Positions 51,941 through 64,000 of a stretch of 64,000 nucleotides of DNA are shown here, one piece after another. The first letter of the stretch is position 1; each line of letters starts with the position of its first letter. Where the stretch lies: assembly GCA_024137785.1 (NCBI GenBank), contig JAHRHZ010000009.1:21018239-21082238 (forward strand), read 5' to 3'. The position numbers were made by a program, and so were the translations under genes. Source of the stretch: Ginglymostoma cirratum. Taxonomy: Eukaryota. The notes beneath the pieces were generated by a model. The model had not been told where the DNA came from. It searched no databases and saw only the letters and a list, made by a program, of their open reading frames with translations.

Positions 51941-53689
51941 TAAACTTGCTACAGCCCCCAATTTCATTAGAGGAGTCTAAATTTATAATAAGCTCCGCAC
52001 TAGGGATCTTATGGCCAACTGTGGTTCATTACTTAGACACCAAGTCCAATAAATTATCCGCTGTACATGTTCCACTGTTTTCAACCAAGGAATAATCATT
52101 TGATCATAGCAATAAATGCCTGGAATGACCTCCCATCTCCAGTGCCTACCCTTGTTTGTCCATTTTGCAAGTGAGTAATTGAAATCTGCCATCATTATTA
52201 CCTTCCCTTCATTAACTATCTAATTGATATAACCGCACAGTTGTAGATATTCATTTATTTAGCTTGGTAGGGTGCCCTGTAATACAAATTCATTATCACT
52301 TTGATACTTATCTTGAACTTGACTGAGAGTGACACTTCCTTTGCATTTATTTGGCCCTACAAGTCTGAAGACTTGATTTACATGACTAACATAGTATTTG
52401 TTATTTATAAAGCTTGCTAGTCTTGCTGTGTGTATATTTTTCATCCTCTTTACTGCTCTGTTTATTAATGGAAAAATACTGCAGAAGCAAACACTATTTG
52501 CACGTGTTTGTATGTAGGACCAAACCAAGGTGGAGCATGAAATGGAATTTCTTCTGCAATAGCTTTGAAACTAATTTTGAAATAGTCAATCTCTTGCAAA
52601 AACAGTCAGTAAGGGATAAATCATGTAGAGCTAAGGGGAAATGCATTGAGTGTAAACAACACTGCATTTTTATAACATGCAATATATTTCAATAAGTTAC
52701 AGGAGCTTCCATGAACTGACAGGGTTCAATCACCACTTGGTACAGTGGGAAGGATTTTCCCTTTTTGATGTTCAATATTGTCTTTACTCTGAATGAGAGA
52801 CTCTGAATTTGCATTTAAATAAGAATTCACAAAAGACCCCAGTAAGTGAAGGTAACAACAGTAGTAACTCACATAGTTTTCAGAAGGTGGAACGGAACTC
52901 CATGTATCTTCCCTTTGAGGATATGTGTTGTGTTTTATGTTGTGGAGCTGTGCAGAGATGTCACACTCCAGGTTATAGGTCTGAACAGGAGTTTTATTCA
53001 CTGCTTTAAAATGTCTGCTGTCGCCCTTTAAGCTGCTTGCCAGCTGTTTAGTTTCTGCTTCTTTTCCAGTCACCACACCTACGTTCAACTAATTACACAG
53101 AGAACATAAACCAGACACAAATTCAAACACTGAAGAACTGAATGTTACATATTGTAATTAGTCTCAAGTCAGCAACTGAAATTTTGCAAAACAGGTTTAC
53201 ACTTTTTGTGTGTATTGTTGTGTAATCTCTGATTTAGAATAAATCTTACAATAATTATTCACTAATTCATGATGCTTACACATGCCAGTTATAAATGTAA
53301 GTTTTTTCTTGGTAAATGGTGACTAAAGTCAAAAAGTAAAGTATTTTGGATGGGAACTGAAAGCATTTAAGAAGGAAAAACTAGATGAAGATTAGCCAAT
53401 AAAATAGCTTCCTTCCAATCCTGGTGATCTTACAGGGAATCCATCTATTATTGTTAACCAAGATTGTTTGGGTACACAGTTTACATTCTTCAATGGTGCA
53501 CACCCTCAAAAAGGTGATGAGAGGCTCAGACAAGAGTGACAGGAAAGAAGCAAGTTGTTTGAGAAGTATCAAAGATAAAAAAAATAGCAAAAGCTAAAAG
53601 AAAACATTTGCACAGTGGTAGAAGAACAAAAAGCTTGAAGGAAGCAGATTGCAATGGTAAGAGCAATGGGCGGGAGAGCTAAACTATTT

Positions 53690-53998
53690 GGGTGGCATGG
53701 TGGCTCAGTGTTTAGCACTGCTCCCTCACAGTGCTAGGGATCTGGGTTCAGTTCCAGCCATGTGGAGTTTGCATGTTCTCCCTGTTTCTGCCGGATTCTC
53801 TGGTTTCCTTTCACAGTCCAAAGATGTGTAGATTAGATAGTTTGGCTATGCAAAATTGCTCTGTAGTGTCCAGGCTAAGTGGATTAGCTAGGGCCAATGT
53901 GGGTACAGGCAGGGGCCGAGGTTTGGGTAGGATGCTTTTTGGAGGGTTGGTGCAGACTCAGTGGGCTGAATAGCATCTTTCTGCACTGAAGGGTTTCA
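53690..53998 (+). mobile_element. HE1-type V-SINE
   Basis: ggtggcatggtggctcagtgtttagcactgc...tgtggagtttgcatgttctccc. Confidence 0.85.
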
Positions 53999-54639
53999 AT
54001 TTTGATTTGATATCTTTCTATTGTGTACATGAATGTGAACAAACAGCAAGGTTAATTTCTCTTCATACCGTGTTTGTACTTGCTTGAACAAAAAGTAGTT
54101 TGTCGAGAAAATAGTCGTTCGATGAAGCCAGACTTCATATATATCTTTTCCCCAGGCTCTTTTTTCTCCATGGAAATATCCACCAATCATGACAACTTTT
54201 GCAGTTTTCCACAAGCTTTTAGGGTTTCAAAGGGCATGTAACAAAGAAAGGCAGTTTTACTTGAAACGGTGGTATGGCTGATTATAAGATGACTATGCTT
54301 CCTCATGAACTGTGCGTTTTTGAAGATTTTCTTTTCTTACCATTCAGATTTTTCGCTTGTCTCCCACAGACAGAGGGTGTGCAACTGCCACTTTCACATG
54401 TGAAATCATTCATCTTTTGCAACTTTGAGCAGGGTGATTTGCCAGACCATCTGGTCTTGTGGGATATGCTGTCCTATTTTCGACAGTCTACATACAAGCT
54501 CATTCTCAGCGATTATCACTGGACAATGACTTCAGTGGGAAAACTTGTAATCATTGTTCAGCTAACAGCACGTGAAAGCTTTTGAGTCACAACGTTCTTG
54601 GTTCTCGTCATTCTTCATGTTTTTCAGTACAAATCTTAC

Positions 54640-55005
54640 ACAAAATAGTGGAAAATCCTGTGGGGAGTACCCCATGAGGGTGTTTCTCTGCTGGTGGTGT
54701 GGATTTCATGTGGGACATTAAATTAATGTTCAGTCTGCCCTCTCGGCTGCAAGTAAAAGATCCTATGGCATTATTTTATAATAAGAAGGGGAGTTGTCCC
54801 TGGTGTCTTGCTCAATAGTTATCATTCAATCAACCTGTCATTTGTAATATTTTCTGGTCCTTATCACATTGCAGTCTTTGGGACCCTGCTTTGAATGAAT
54901 CGGTTGTGGTGTTTCCTTCAGTACGTCAATGACTGTACTTAAAAAGTTTTACTGCATTGAGGGGTAAAGTCCTTTGGAACATCCTGCTATCATGAAAATG
55001 TCTTT
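54640..55005 (+). mobile_element. Deu-domain SINE
   Basis: gtctgccctctcggctgcaagtaaaagatcctatggca...cctggtgtcttgctcaatag. Confidence 0.65.
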
Positions 55006-55024
55006 GTAATTACACAATCAAGGT

Positions 55025-55112
55025 CAATACAGTGTGGACCTGGAGGAGCACAGCAGGTCAGGCTGCATGAAAGGAGCAGGAAAGTCAACGTTTTGGGTGT
55101 ACACCCTTCATC
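55025..55112 (-). mobile_element. Penelope pLTR fragment
   Basis: ggagcacagcaggtcaggctgcat...gtcaacgttttgggtgtacacccttcatc is the reverse of the 43210-43290 family. Confidence 0.7.
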
Positions 55113-55249
55113 GATTATACATCTGTCTTTCTTCCTACTACAGGAGAACTTGGACCATATTTAGCAGCTATGCAACTCCTTGCCTGAGAGCTTGACACTC
55201 AAAAACAAGATATTTGTTGTGATCACTTGTGAAGAGATGATTATGCCCT

Positions 55250-55462
55250 AGCAGGTTGTCTGATATTAGTTGGTTAGTTTGTGAAGCATTGTGAAGCCAT
55301 CAGTGTGGGTTCGATTTCTATCACTGGCTGAGGTTATCATGAAGGATTCTCCTTCTTGACCTCTCCCCTCACTTGTGGTACGGTGACCCTCAGGTTAAAT
55401 CACAACCAGTTGTGTCTCTCTAATGAAAGAGCAGCCCTGTGGTCTAGTAAGACTATGACAAC
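55250..55462 (+). mobile_element. Unclassified tRNA-derived SINE
   Basis: A/B-box-like ttagttggttag...gggttcgatt head with a distinct body (gtgaccctcaggttaaatcac). Confidence 0.45.
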
Positions 55463-55799
55463 ACAATGGCTGATAATAAAATAATGGTGGTGTGGGAGCA
55501 AAACTCAGACTGCATTGTTTCGGGAGTAATCTTTCCAATATTACTTTTTACACAATAAGGAATTTGGGCATGTAAAGCCATTATGCACACTGCACAAATT
55601 TCCTATCATTAAATTAAATGCACATAAAGTTGTCTGGACTTCTATTGGATGTAGTCATGAAATTCTTTACTTAAGCTCCCAGTGTGTAAACTGTTGTTGT
55701 TGCTGGAATTGCTAAACCTTTATTTTATCTTCATTTTGAACGTTCAAACGATGAACAAGTAAATTCAGGGAACAAGATTCACTAATTAGAACAGAGAGT

Positions 55800-56960
55800 C
55801 ATAATGTTATAACCTCAATGCAAACTTAGCTCCAACAAAGGAGGGCTTAATCATACTCATCTATCAGACATTTTGCAGTGTTGATGAAGGGAAAAAGTGA
55901 ATACAATTAATTAAGAATATGTATAGTTGTACAACTGGATAGGAAAGACTTATTCAAGGAGAAAAGGGTGAATTGCTGTGCTTTTGGAAGTTTAATTTGG
56001 AAAAAGAATATTATAAATGTCACAACTTTGAAAAGTGCAGGTGAGCGGAATGAACTTCAGATCTATTTGCACAAACTATTAAAGATGGCAGGACAAGTCA
56101 ATAACGTTGTTCCAAAAAAATACCAGTCACTCTAAAGAGAGGAAAGGTATAGAAAATCAAAACAATCATGTTACACTTTCAAACAATGAAAAGAAAATCG
56201 CTGATCGGTCTTTAGTTGGATAATTATGATGATCCTGAACTTCCAACTTCAACAAAGCTGCACAAGCCTTTAAAAGTTAACAAACAGGTTTACCAGGATG
56301 TTGCTAGGCATGGGGCACTTCATTTATGATGCAATGACGTGAAAGTTAGGACTGTTTGACTTGGAACAGAGAAAATGTTAAAGGTAACCTAATAGAGGTT
56401 TCAGGTTGATTAGTTTTGATAAAAGTAGGTAGAAAAAATGATTCCCTTTTATGGTATGTTTCATATCTCAGAGATCAATGCAGAGATAACATCAGTTTCT
56501 AAATATGTTGCAGGTTTATTTACAAAGGTTTTAAGGTATCTCTGCAATCACAAAATTTCTGTTCTGACAGCTCAGCTCCCAATAGCTTCTGTAACGTCTG
56601 TTTGCTCTGAGTTCATATCTAGGTTTTATCAATCAAGTGTAGTGAACATAGATTGGTTACCAGACTCACATAATCAACAGAGGACAATAGAAATACTACA
56701 TTTCTGGTAAGTGACTCGACAAAAGAAAGTAACAGATAAAAAAAGCAGTCGACAAAAGACTGAGAGGGGGAAAAGAGGGGAATAAATAACTAATCACTGT
56801 TGTAAGGATCTTGAACACTATCCAAAAAAGTAATGGCAGTTGATTTTAGAAATAATTCAAAGTGAGAAGGCTAGGTACTTGAGTGTGAGGAATGTACAGA
56901 AATGGAGAAGAAGATGTGAGACTAAGCAGGACTGCTCTTTCAAAGAACCAGAACACATGC
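55800..56960 (+). mobile_element. Highly decayed CR1 LINE with an internal insertion
   Basis: ggtttaccaggatgttgctagg...ttaggactgtttgacttggaacagag...ctctttcaaagaaccag. Confidence 0.5.
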
Positions 56961-57000
56961 AATAGAACATCTCTCCTTATTAATAAACAAGCTTCCATGA

Positions 57001-57102
57001 GCTCTGAGGAAGGGTCACCGGATCCGAAACATTAACTCTGTTTTTGCCTTCACAGATGCTGCCAGACCTGCTGAGCTTTTCCAGCAACTTTGTTTTTGTT
57101 CC
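57001..57102 (+). mobile_element. Penelope pLTR fragment with near-intact hammerhead
   Basis: CTGAGGA-AGGGTC-accg-GATCC-GAAAC-ATT-AACTC followed by cagatgctgccagacctgctgagc. Confidence 0.75.
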
Positions 57103-59837
57103 ATCTTAAAACTCGTCAAACAAATTAGATTTTTGAAAGACACAGCGAGGAAACCAGAGCAAACTCCTGGCAGATTCAACTTGATGTTCTGAATGATCTA
57201 TATGTTCGAAATCGGGCATTTCAGGGCACATTTTATGAGCACCAGCCAGCCACACTCATTGTCCATGGACAGTTACATCTGACTTGTGCCACTCTCTCAA
57301 AAGCCTCATGGCAAATCAGTGATTCACCTACAGGTCACTTCTGCACATCAATGCTGTATCATGAGCTGCACCAGCAACTATCATTGTAATGCTGTAGCAA
57401 GGACCCTGCCCTTGTGGACTGTATCCAGCTCATGGGAGTGGATTTGGCTGCATCTGCAAGCTTTCAGCCAGAGATACCAGGTTCATATTACTGCTCTCTT
57501 GTCTTGCCGTTAAATGCAAACACAAAGCAGGAAACTTGTCATAGTTGTCAACAGGCCTCAGTCAATTGAAGGGAGATAGCCTTCATAGTAAGATTGGCCA
57601 GAGGCTGGACAGAAGAGCTGCTACAAGCCCCGCTACAAGGCAAACTTGGTAAGAAACGACAAGATAATTTGCTAGGCCTAGTGACGACAAATCCTCCAAA
57701 TTACTTTAACGTAACTTAGACTTAGCTAAAAAATGCAAGATTGAACCCTATGATTATACTAGTGTAAAAGAACTTTTAAAGTCTCACTTTTGATGGAATG
57801 CCAGAGTTTGGTGTAACCCTTGGTTTCCATTTATCTTTCTGTGGTAATCCATCCATTTCGTCTGTTAGTTTGTTATTAAATTTACCATTTTTGCTAACTG
57901 ATTAATCTGAATGCTTTTCAAAAAGACGAGAGCACCTCCAAGTTTAGATTAGGGTCAAAGTACAAAGCTTCTAAAAAGATTGGCATTATTTTGGGGGGGG
58001 AGAAAAGATCAATGAAATACTTCTCTTCGGCACCCCCATCACTTATCACCCACCCCCACCCCCACCACCCATCACCCACCACCTTCCAAAGCATCAGTAT
58101 CTCCGAAGGATTTGCTGAAAGTAAATAATTTTAGTGTTATTTTCTGCAGCAACTTACACCTCTATTTGACATTGACTAAGCCTTTATTCACCCACAATGA
58201 ACAGTCAGATGCAAGCTTAACAGTGACATGTCACCCAATAAACATCAGCTATGAAATGATTTGGTCTACTTTCCTTTTGAAATTTGTAAATAAATGACTT
58301 GAACCCTCTGTGTAATCACCTCAGCCAGTTATATGCTTGTTGCCAGCTAACAATTAACTTGGTGTTAATGAATGTGTCAACTAGGCATCATATTTGTGTA
58401 TTTGTAGCTGATGTTTATGATGTTAACAGTCTTGATCAGCTACACAGCTACTTAACACTTAGCCTGAGAATCTTGGCTGTTGTGTGGAGGAGCTGAGTAT
58501 ATTTATATAGTCAGTGCATGGAGTATATAAATCTTAAAATTTATGGATATTACTTTTTTTCAAGCCAACACTAATGTATGAATTTTATCCCTTCTGTAAT
58601 CAAAATATATCTGAAGTCTATGAAACATTGGTGCTTTTCACAATTCAGGTTGCCCATTTGTCTACTTCCTTCAACCAGATGTAAATATAAATGCACATGA
58701 TTTCATACCTGAAATTGACATACAATATATTGGTTTTACATGGATGGTTTCAAAATATCAGGGCGTTTCAGAATAATTGTACAGTTGCAGTTGTGGCTAA
58801 AATGCCAAGAAAGGACTATTTGTCTTCCATTTAATCGAATGATGTTTTGGGGGGACCAGTGAGTTATGTCCAGAACTTTGACAATTTTAAAAGAAAATGT
58901 TTGTAACATCTGTATGCCATTTCTCTATTTCTTAACTCTAGTTGAACCACAATGATCCAAATACAGGGCAATAAATGTCCTATGTTGACAGCTTGTAAAA
59001 TGGAACAAAATAGTGTCCTTTGTTTGTGTTAGTTTTCTGGATAAAAATAAACTTAGTGCATAATCATTAGAGTAGATAACACATCTGTCTTTTCAGCAAC
59101 CCATCTATTCTCCAGCTGCAGGAATTTAACAGGAGTTCAATTTGATTTGAGATTTTTTATCATTAAGTTTGACCAAAGTATTGCGAAAAGGGTGAGGATA
59201 GAAGGCATTGAATGATTATTTGGATAGAAATGGTGTGCAAAGATATGGGGTAAAAACAGGAGATTGGCAGTAGATCATAGAACTGGTACAGACACAAATG
59301 ATCTCCTTCTCCAATAATACAGATCTGATTCTGAGATACTGAGATATTTTTCTTATAGCGTGCACGTTTGGACACTACCTTCTGCCAGATCTAACTATAT
59401 TTACAACAGACTTTATGTTGTAGATTTGAGCTGTTAATTTAGGCCTTGAATACCAACACAATACAGTTTCAGACAGTTAGACAACAGGTACAGGCTCATT
59501 GGTAAGGAACCCAATTTCCATGGGGCTGGCTTGTCCCCTCTCCACAGGTTAATTTCTAAAACCAGCCTATATTTCTGGATAACCTGACACTGGATAACTA
59601 TAGGGAATGGCTGTTACTCAAGATGCCATTGAGTTGCTTGTTTTCATGATAGTGGGTGCCCACACCTCTGGAGATAGATTTCCATTGCTTGCCTTTTGCT
59701 ACCAACAAATTTGGGGCCAGCCACCTAAGAAGATACCTTGTTATCCAGAGCTCCATTTTAAAAGAAAACGCAAACCAACTGCCCATTGTTCCTGTGTGCA
59801 TGGGATGCATTTAAATTTCATTCATTGCCACAGGTGG

Positions 59838-60263
59838 AGGGTTTGAGAGGCTGAATAGGCTGGGGCTATTTTCGCTGGAGCGTCGGAGGCTGAGAAGTGA
59901 TCTTATAAAATCATGAGGGGCATGGACACGGTAAACAGTCAATGTCTTTTCCCCAGGGTAGCAGAGTCCAAAACTAGAGGGCAGAGGCTTAGGTGAGAGG
60001 AGAAAGGTTTAAAAGGGACCTAAGAGGCAACTTTTTCACACAGATGGTGGTGCACATATGGAATGAGCTTCCAGGTGAAGTTGTGGAGGCTGGTACAATT
60101 ACAACATTTAAAAGCCATCTGGATGAGTATATGAATAGGAAGGGTATGGCGGGATATGGGCTAAATGCTGGCAAATGGGACTACATTAATTTAGGACATC
60201 TGGTCGGCATGGACAAATTGGACTGCAGGATTTATTTCTGTGTTGTACAGCTCTATGAATCTA
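59838..60263 (+). mobile_element. CR1 LINE 3' end (relatively young)
   Basis: ORF-track RGERFKRDLRGNFFTQMVVHIWNELPGEVVEAGTITTFKSHLDEYM is the CR1 ORF2 C-terminus. Confidence 0.88.
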
Positions 60264-61140
60264 AGAAACACACTTAGGTAGCTTGACTGGTTTAAATTTC
60301 CACAGTATACTGCTATCATCCCATGTGCCATTAATCCCAGATGTACCCACCTAGAAACACACATAACTACAATGCCCAGACCCCATGTGAGTTTTCCTAA
60401 TGTGTTAGAGTTACAATGGGATATCCCAAAGTATTAAAATTCCAGAGGAGGGATGAATTGGCTCCCCTTTATTCACTCTGTCTCTTTTCCCCTTCCTCCT
60501 TGATTGGTCACAATAAGGTTAACTTAAGAGCTGATCCTTTCCCTTCTGTACACTTTTCTCCCAGACTCAAATGACTTATTCTTCAAAAGGAGCCAATTTA
60601 ATCAGGTTTTGAGTAATAAAAAGATCGAGTTCATTTATTATGCAATGTCTCAATTAGTAATTCAACACACATGAATTAGAAAAAGAGAGAAGCTCACAAA
60701 GGGCAAGGGGAAAATATCAGTCTTTGAATTGATCGAGAAAGTGGATGTTTGAATGTTATTGTGGGAATGGACTTTATCAATAATGTTGATATCAGCAGTT
60801 GAACGTAAGATATAAGTTTCATAATTCTTATCTTGCAGACTGGTCAAGATTCTATTGCACTGATTCCTTACATCTCTGACTGATCCAATATTTAAGCTAC
60901 GAGAAAGTCCTTTTGTCATCTGGTTTCCTTTTGTCTGATTGCTAGCTAGCTGATATCTAATATTCAGAATGAAAAAAAAATCTTAGTGATGAATATGGAA
61001 TAGATTTTTGACTGTGACCTTCACAGTGCACTAACCCTTGAACAAAGGTTGGCATATGGGAACATCCAGTCTCACTAGCAGACTCTGGTAGAGTTTAAAC
61101 TGCCTTTTTAACCCATGCTTGTGCTCAAAGGAAAATACAA

Positions 61141-62600
61141 TGGGCTGAATCTTAGCTCACAAAAAAGTGAATCAAGTTTCATGATGGATCTTGCATCTCA
61201 AGACTTAAGAAGTTGTCTTGCCCTACTTACCAAACTTACCTCATTACCTACCATGCACCCAGCCATCTCTCATGTCTGATTTTCACTCCATTTTATCACA
61301 CACAATTCCCACCAATAACTTGCCACTGAACGGATGTCTGCAGAAATACCAGCATCCCTTTTGATTATACTCTTGAAAAGTCACTTGTGCGCATGGACAG
61401 GCAGGGTGCTGAATTCTCCATGTGTCTGGAGCTACCCTGCATAATTCCAAACAGTTGGCCTGAAAATGGCAACGGTGGGGAAGTGGGGATGAATTCAGTG
61501 CCGCACTTTGCAGGCAGGGTCCTGGAGGTCTTACTGGATTAGACGGTCCTGATATAAGACCTCTTCTTTCCCCAGGACCAGTGATGGAGAGACCACACCA
61601 GCCTGGTTAGAGGTTGCCATCAGGTTAAAGCAGTGTCAGCTGTCTGGAGGTATGGTCCAGAAGGTAAATGGTATTCTCCATACTCTCTGGGTAAGTTCAC
61701 CATTTTCTCTCCTATCTAACCCAATTTCTGCTACTGTACCCACACCCCAACCAAGGCTTATGCTCCATCACTCACAGTATTGTCTGTAACATCTTCCTTC
61801 ACTCGCTTCAACCCCTGACAGCACTAACCTGGCAAGCCCTCTGTGCTGCCTACTCACTCGTTCGGGACACTTCCCCATCTGCACCAAAAGTAGCAGCTAT
61901 GCCACTTTAATCCCCCATAATTCCTGCTGTCTCATATTCCAGGAGGAGAAACAGCTCACAATAGGGCATAAAGTGTCAACATGGGTGGTATGTTGGCCAT
62001 CATTTGCCTTCTGACCTGTTATATGGGAAGGCTCCTTCTTCTGACTGCCCTGAGCAGGCCCTGGACTGGTATCAAACATTCCCCTTGACTTACTAATCTG
62101 CACCATCTGAGCAAAGGATATCCTCCATGGATTGACTGAGGCCTGCTAGCAATGACAAGCTTCCTGGCTTTGCGTCTATGCTAAACAGAAATTAAGACAA
62201 CTGTCCTGACAATTGTATCTCTAGTTGATGGGGAACGTTAAAAAAAAAATGAGGCAAGGCTATGAGTATCTAGATAAGCTCAAAATGAGTGAGTGCAGTG
62301 ACAGTGAGTGAAGAGTCCAGCGATATGCCCATGTCCATGAGCTGGGTACATGTCTCTGAGGGCATAGTGTCCTTGCTGCAATGAGGTACAGCTTTGAAGT
62401 AGAGAAGGTCCCTATAGGTAGATTGTAGATGATGGTTCTTCGAGGGTGACACATATTTGATGCCAATGTCCATGCCTTTGGAGTGACTGGTCAATGCCCG
62501 TGGAACATGCTAAAATATTGGGGCCCAATTTCCAGTATGGAGGCTGTTGAGAGCCAGCATTGAGCTCGATCCGCTCTGGTTTCCTTGTTTACTTTTTATA
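61141..62600 (+). mobile_element. PIF/Harbinger relic with Myb/SANT-like gene remnant
   Basis: TIR-like gggctgaat at 61142. From 61498: VPHFAGRVLEVLLD*...FFPQD...TTPAWLEVA...KVNGILH, then donor GTAAGT (61691), acceptor at 61942 and an exon reading ..TAHNRA*SVNMGG. Right boundary uncertain. Confidence 0.6.
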
Positions 62601-62769
62601 CCGAAGTACTTTGCTGGGCTTGGTACAATGGAAGTCTGAGTATTAATCATTTGAGTGTGGTAATAACAAGATATTTAAGACGCATTAATCCAGGGAATTG
62701 GTATCTCTATATTGCCAAGCAAGAATCTTGCCATGCCACCTATGAAAAGTATGGAAGATGGAGCGAATC

Positions 62770-63070
62770 TGGTGTTCTTATGGTGCAGTGATAATGTCCC
62801 TACCTTTGAGCCAGGAGGCATGTGTTCAATTCTCAACTTTTATAGACATGTATCTTAACAGCTCTCAACAGATTGATTAGAAAATATTAAAATAGTAGCT
62901 GTGCTCTCAAAAAGTGCTGAATAAAAATTAGAAGATCAAATCTTAAGAAGGACTCTTGTGGTGCAGTGGTAGTATCCTTACCATTGAGCCAGGAGTCCTG
63001 GGCTTCATAAGTCCCACTTGCTCCAGAGGTGTGTCATAACATGTTTGAAGAATTTGATAATAAAAATCTA
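62770..63070 (+). mobile_element. Two tandem short tRNA-derived SINEs
   Basis: tggtgcagtg..aatgtccctacctttgagccaggaggc (about 62770-62888) and tggtgcagtggtagtatccttaccattgagccaggagtc (about 62950-63070). Confidence 0.6.
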
Positions 63071-63807
63071 AAACACAGTGCAATATTGAGATAATCTTGG
63101 TTGTACTTATTTCTCAACTTTACCTCACACCTTGCTGTGACCCATTGCTCAAACCCTGAAAAGATTCCACCCAATATATTTGGAATTTGGGATATAATCC
63201 ACAGTGGGTGTCTTACTGTTGTGCAGGGTTTTGTAAGGCCCTCTTTAGCTGCAGTCACAAGAGATCACAGTCCAGTCTGTTTGACTAGCCTTTTCTTTCT
63301 CCTACCCAACTCCTTTTGAAGCGCTGTTGGAAATTCCCATGCATCCATAGGTGTAACATTCCATGGTCTCGCTCTTTCTCTCTCTCTCTCTCTAGATATA
63401 CACTTAATTCACATCCACAGGCCATTGTTGGTTGTATCAGCCCTCTCTAAAAAACACATTTTGGAATTACATGTTAAAAATGACGGCAGCACTTTGGGGT
63501 TCTGATCTATTGTCAAAACACTGTTGACTTGAGGGTACTTCTGAACCAAGGAAATAAGAACTATAGATTCACCACTCACTTGGTTACACTATCCTTTAAG
63601 AGATAGACTGAGATTACCCTTAAATTCCTAGTATCATTTAGAAGTCAGTGGAACTTCCTCCCTGCATCATTCCAGGAGAATTCAGGGAAATTCACACCCT
63701 GTGCTTCTTGTTCCCTCGAAGATGGTCTGTCTCTATTGCTTGGGAGTATTTTAAAATCTTTAAACATTGAAGCTGTTGCCTTAATAAAAATGTAAAACTA
63801 ATATTCA

Positions 63808-63926
63808 GTCTAGGCCCGAAATGTCAAGCTTTCCTGCTCCTATGATGCTGCTTGGCCTGCTGTGTTCCTCCAGCTCCACACCTTGTTATCTCGGATTCTC
63901 CAGCATCTGCAGTACCTATTATCTCT
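63808..63926 (+). mobile_element. 5'-truncated Penelope pLTR
   Basis: gtctaggcccgaaatgtcaagc...ttatctcggattctccagcatctgcagtacctattatctc; same family as 42799-43295. Confidence 0.8.
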
Positions 63927-64000
63927 AAGCATACTCCTGAACCGCTTTTGTTGAAACTTTATATCAATGGTCTCCCAACTTTAAGAGTAAGGTCACTTTG

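Noticed and set aside
56478-56546. Short inverted repeat tgcagagata / tatctctgca
   Set aside because: Only about 10 bp; no TSD or second copy to support a MITE call.
60400-61100. Possible solo LTR
   Set aside because: No defined termini, TSD or second copy could be identified.

Overview
Vertebrate genomic DNA, almost certainly a cartilaginous fish (probably a shark), judged from HE1/V-SINE, Deu-domain SINE, CR1 and Penelope repeats. There is one real gene: the 5' part of protocadherin-9 (PCDH9) on the minus strand. It comprises a CpG-island promoter (CRE, CCAAT and GC box at about 20.9-21.05 kb), a probable short non-coding exon 1, and the giant coding exon (ATG 19946 to donor 16935: signal peptide, 7 cadherin repeats, TM, start of the cytoplasmic tail). 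Positions 1-16934 are the start of the next intron, and about 21-64 kb is upstream intergenic DNA full of decayed TEs (CR1, L2, Deu-SINE, HE1, Harbinger relics). Most notable observations: (1) about a dozen Penelope-derived elements carry minimal hammerhead-ribozyme cores, several built as TSD-flanked inverted hairpins; (2) the PCDH9 intron read-through tail still resembles the recalled mammalian short-isoform tail beyond its TAG stop, and there is a candidate intronic poly(A) site; (3) an exact 81-bp duplication brackets a Penelope end; (4) a minisatellite is made of hairpin units; (5) GC content drops abruptly inside the coding exon. Repeat boundaries were read by eye and are approximate. 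Family names and comparisons with human PCDH9 come from recall, not from searches.
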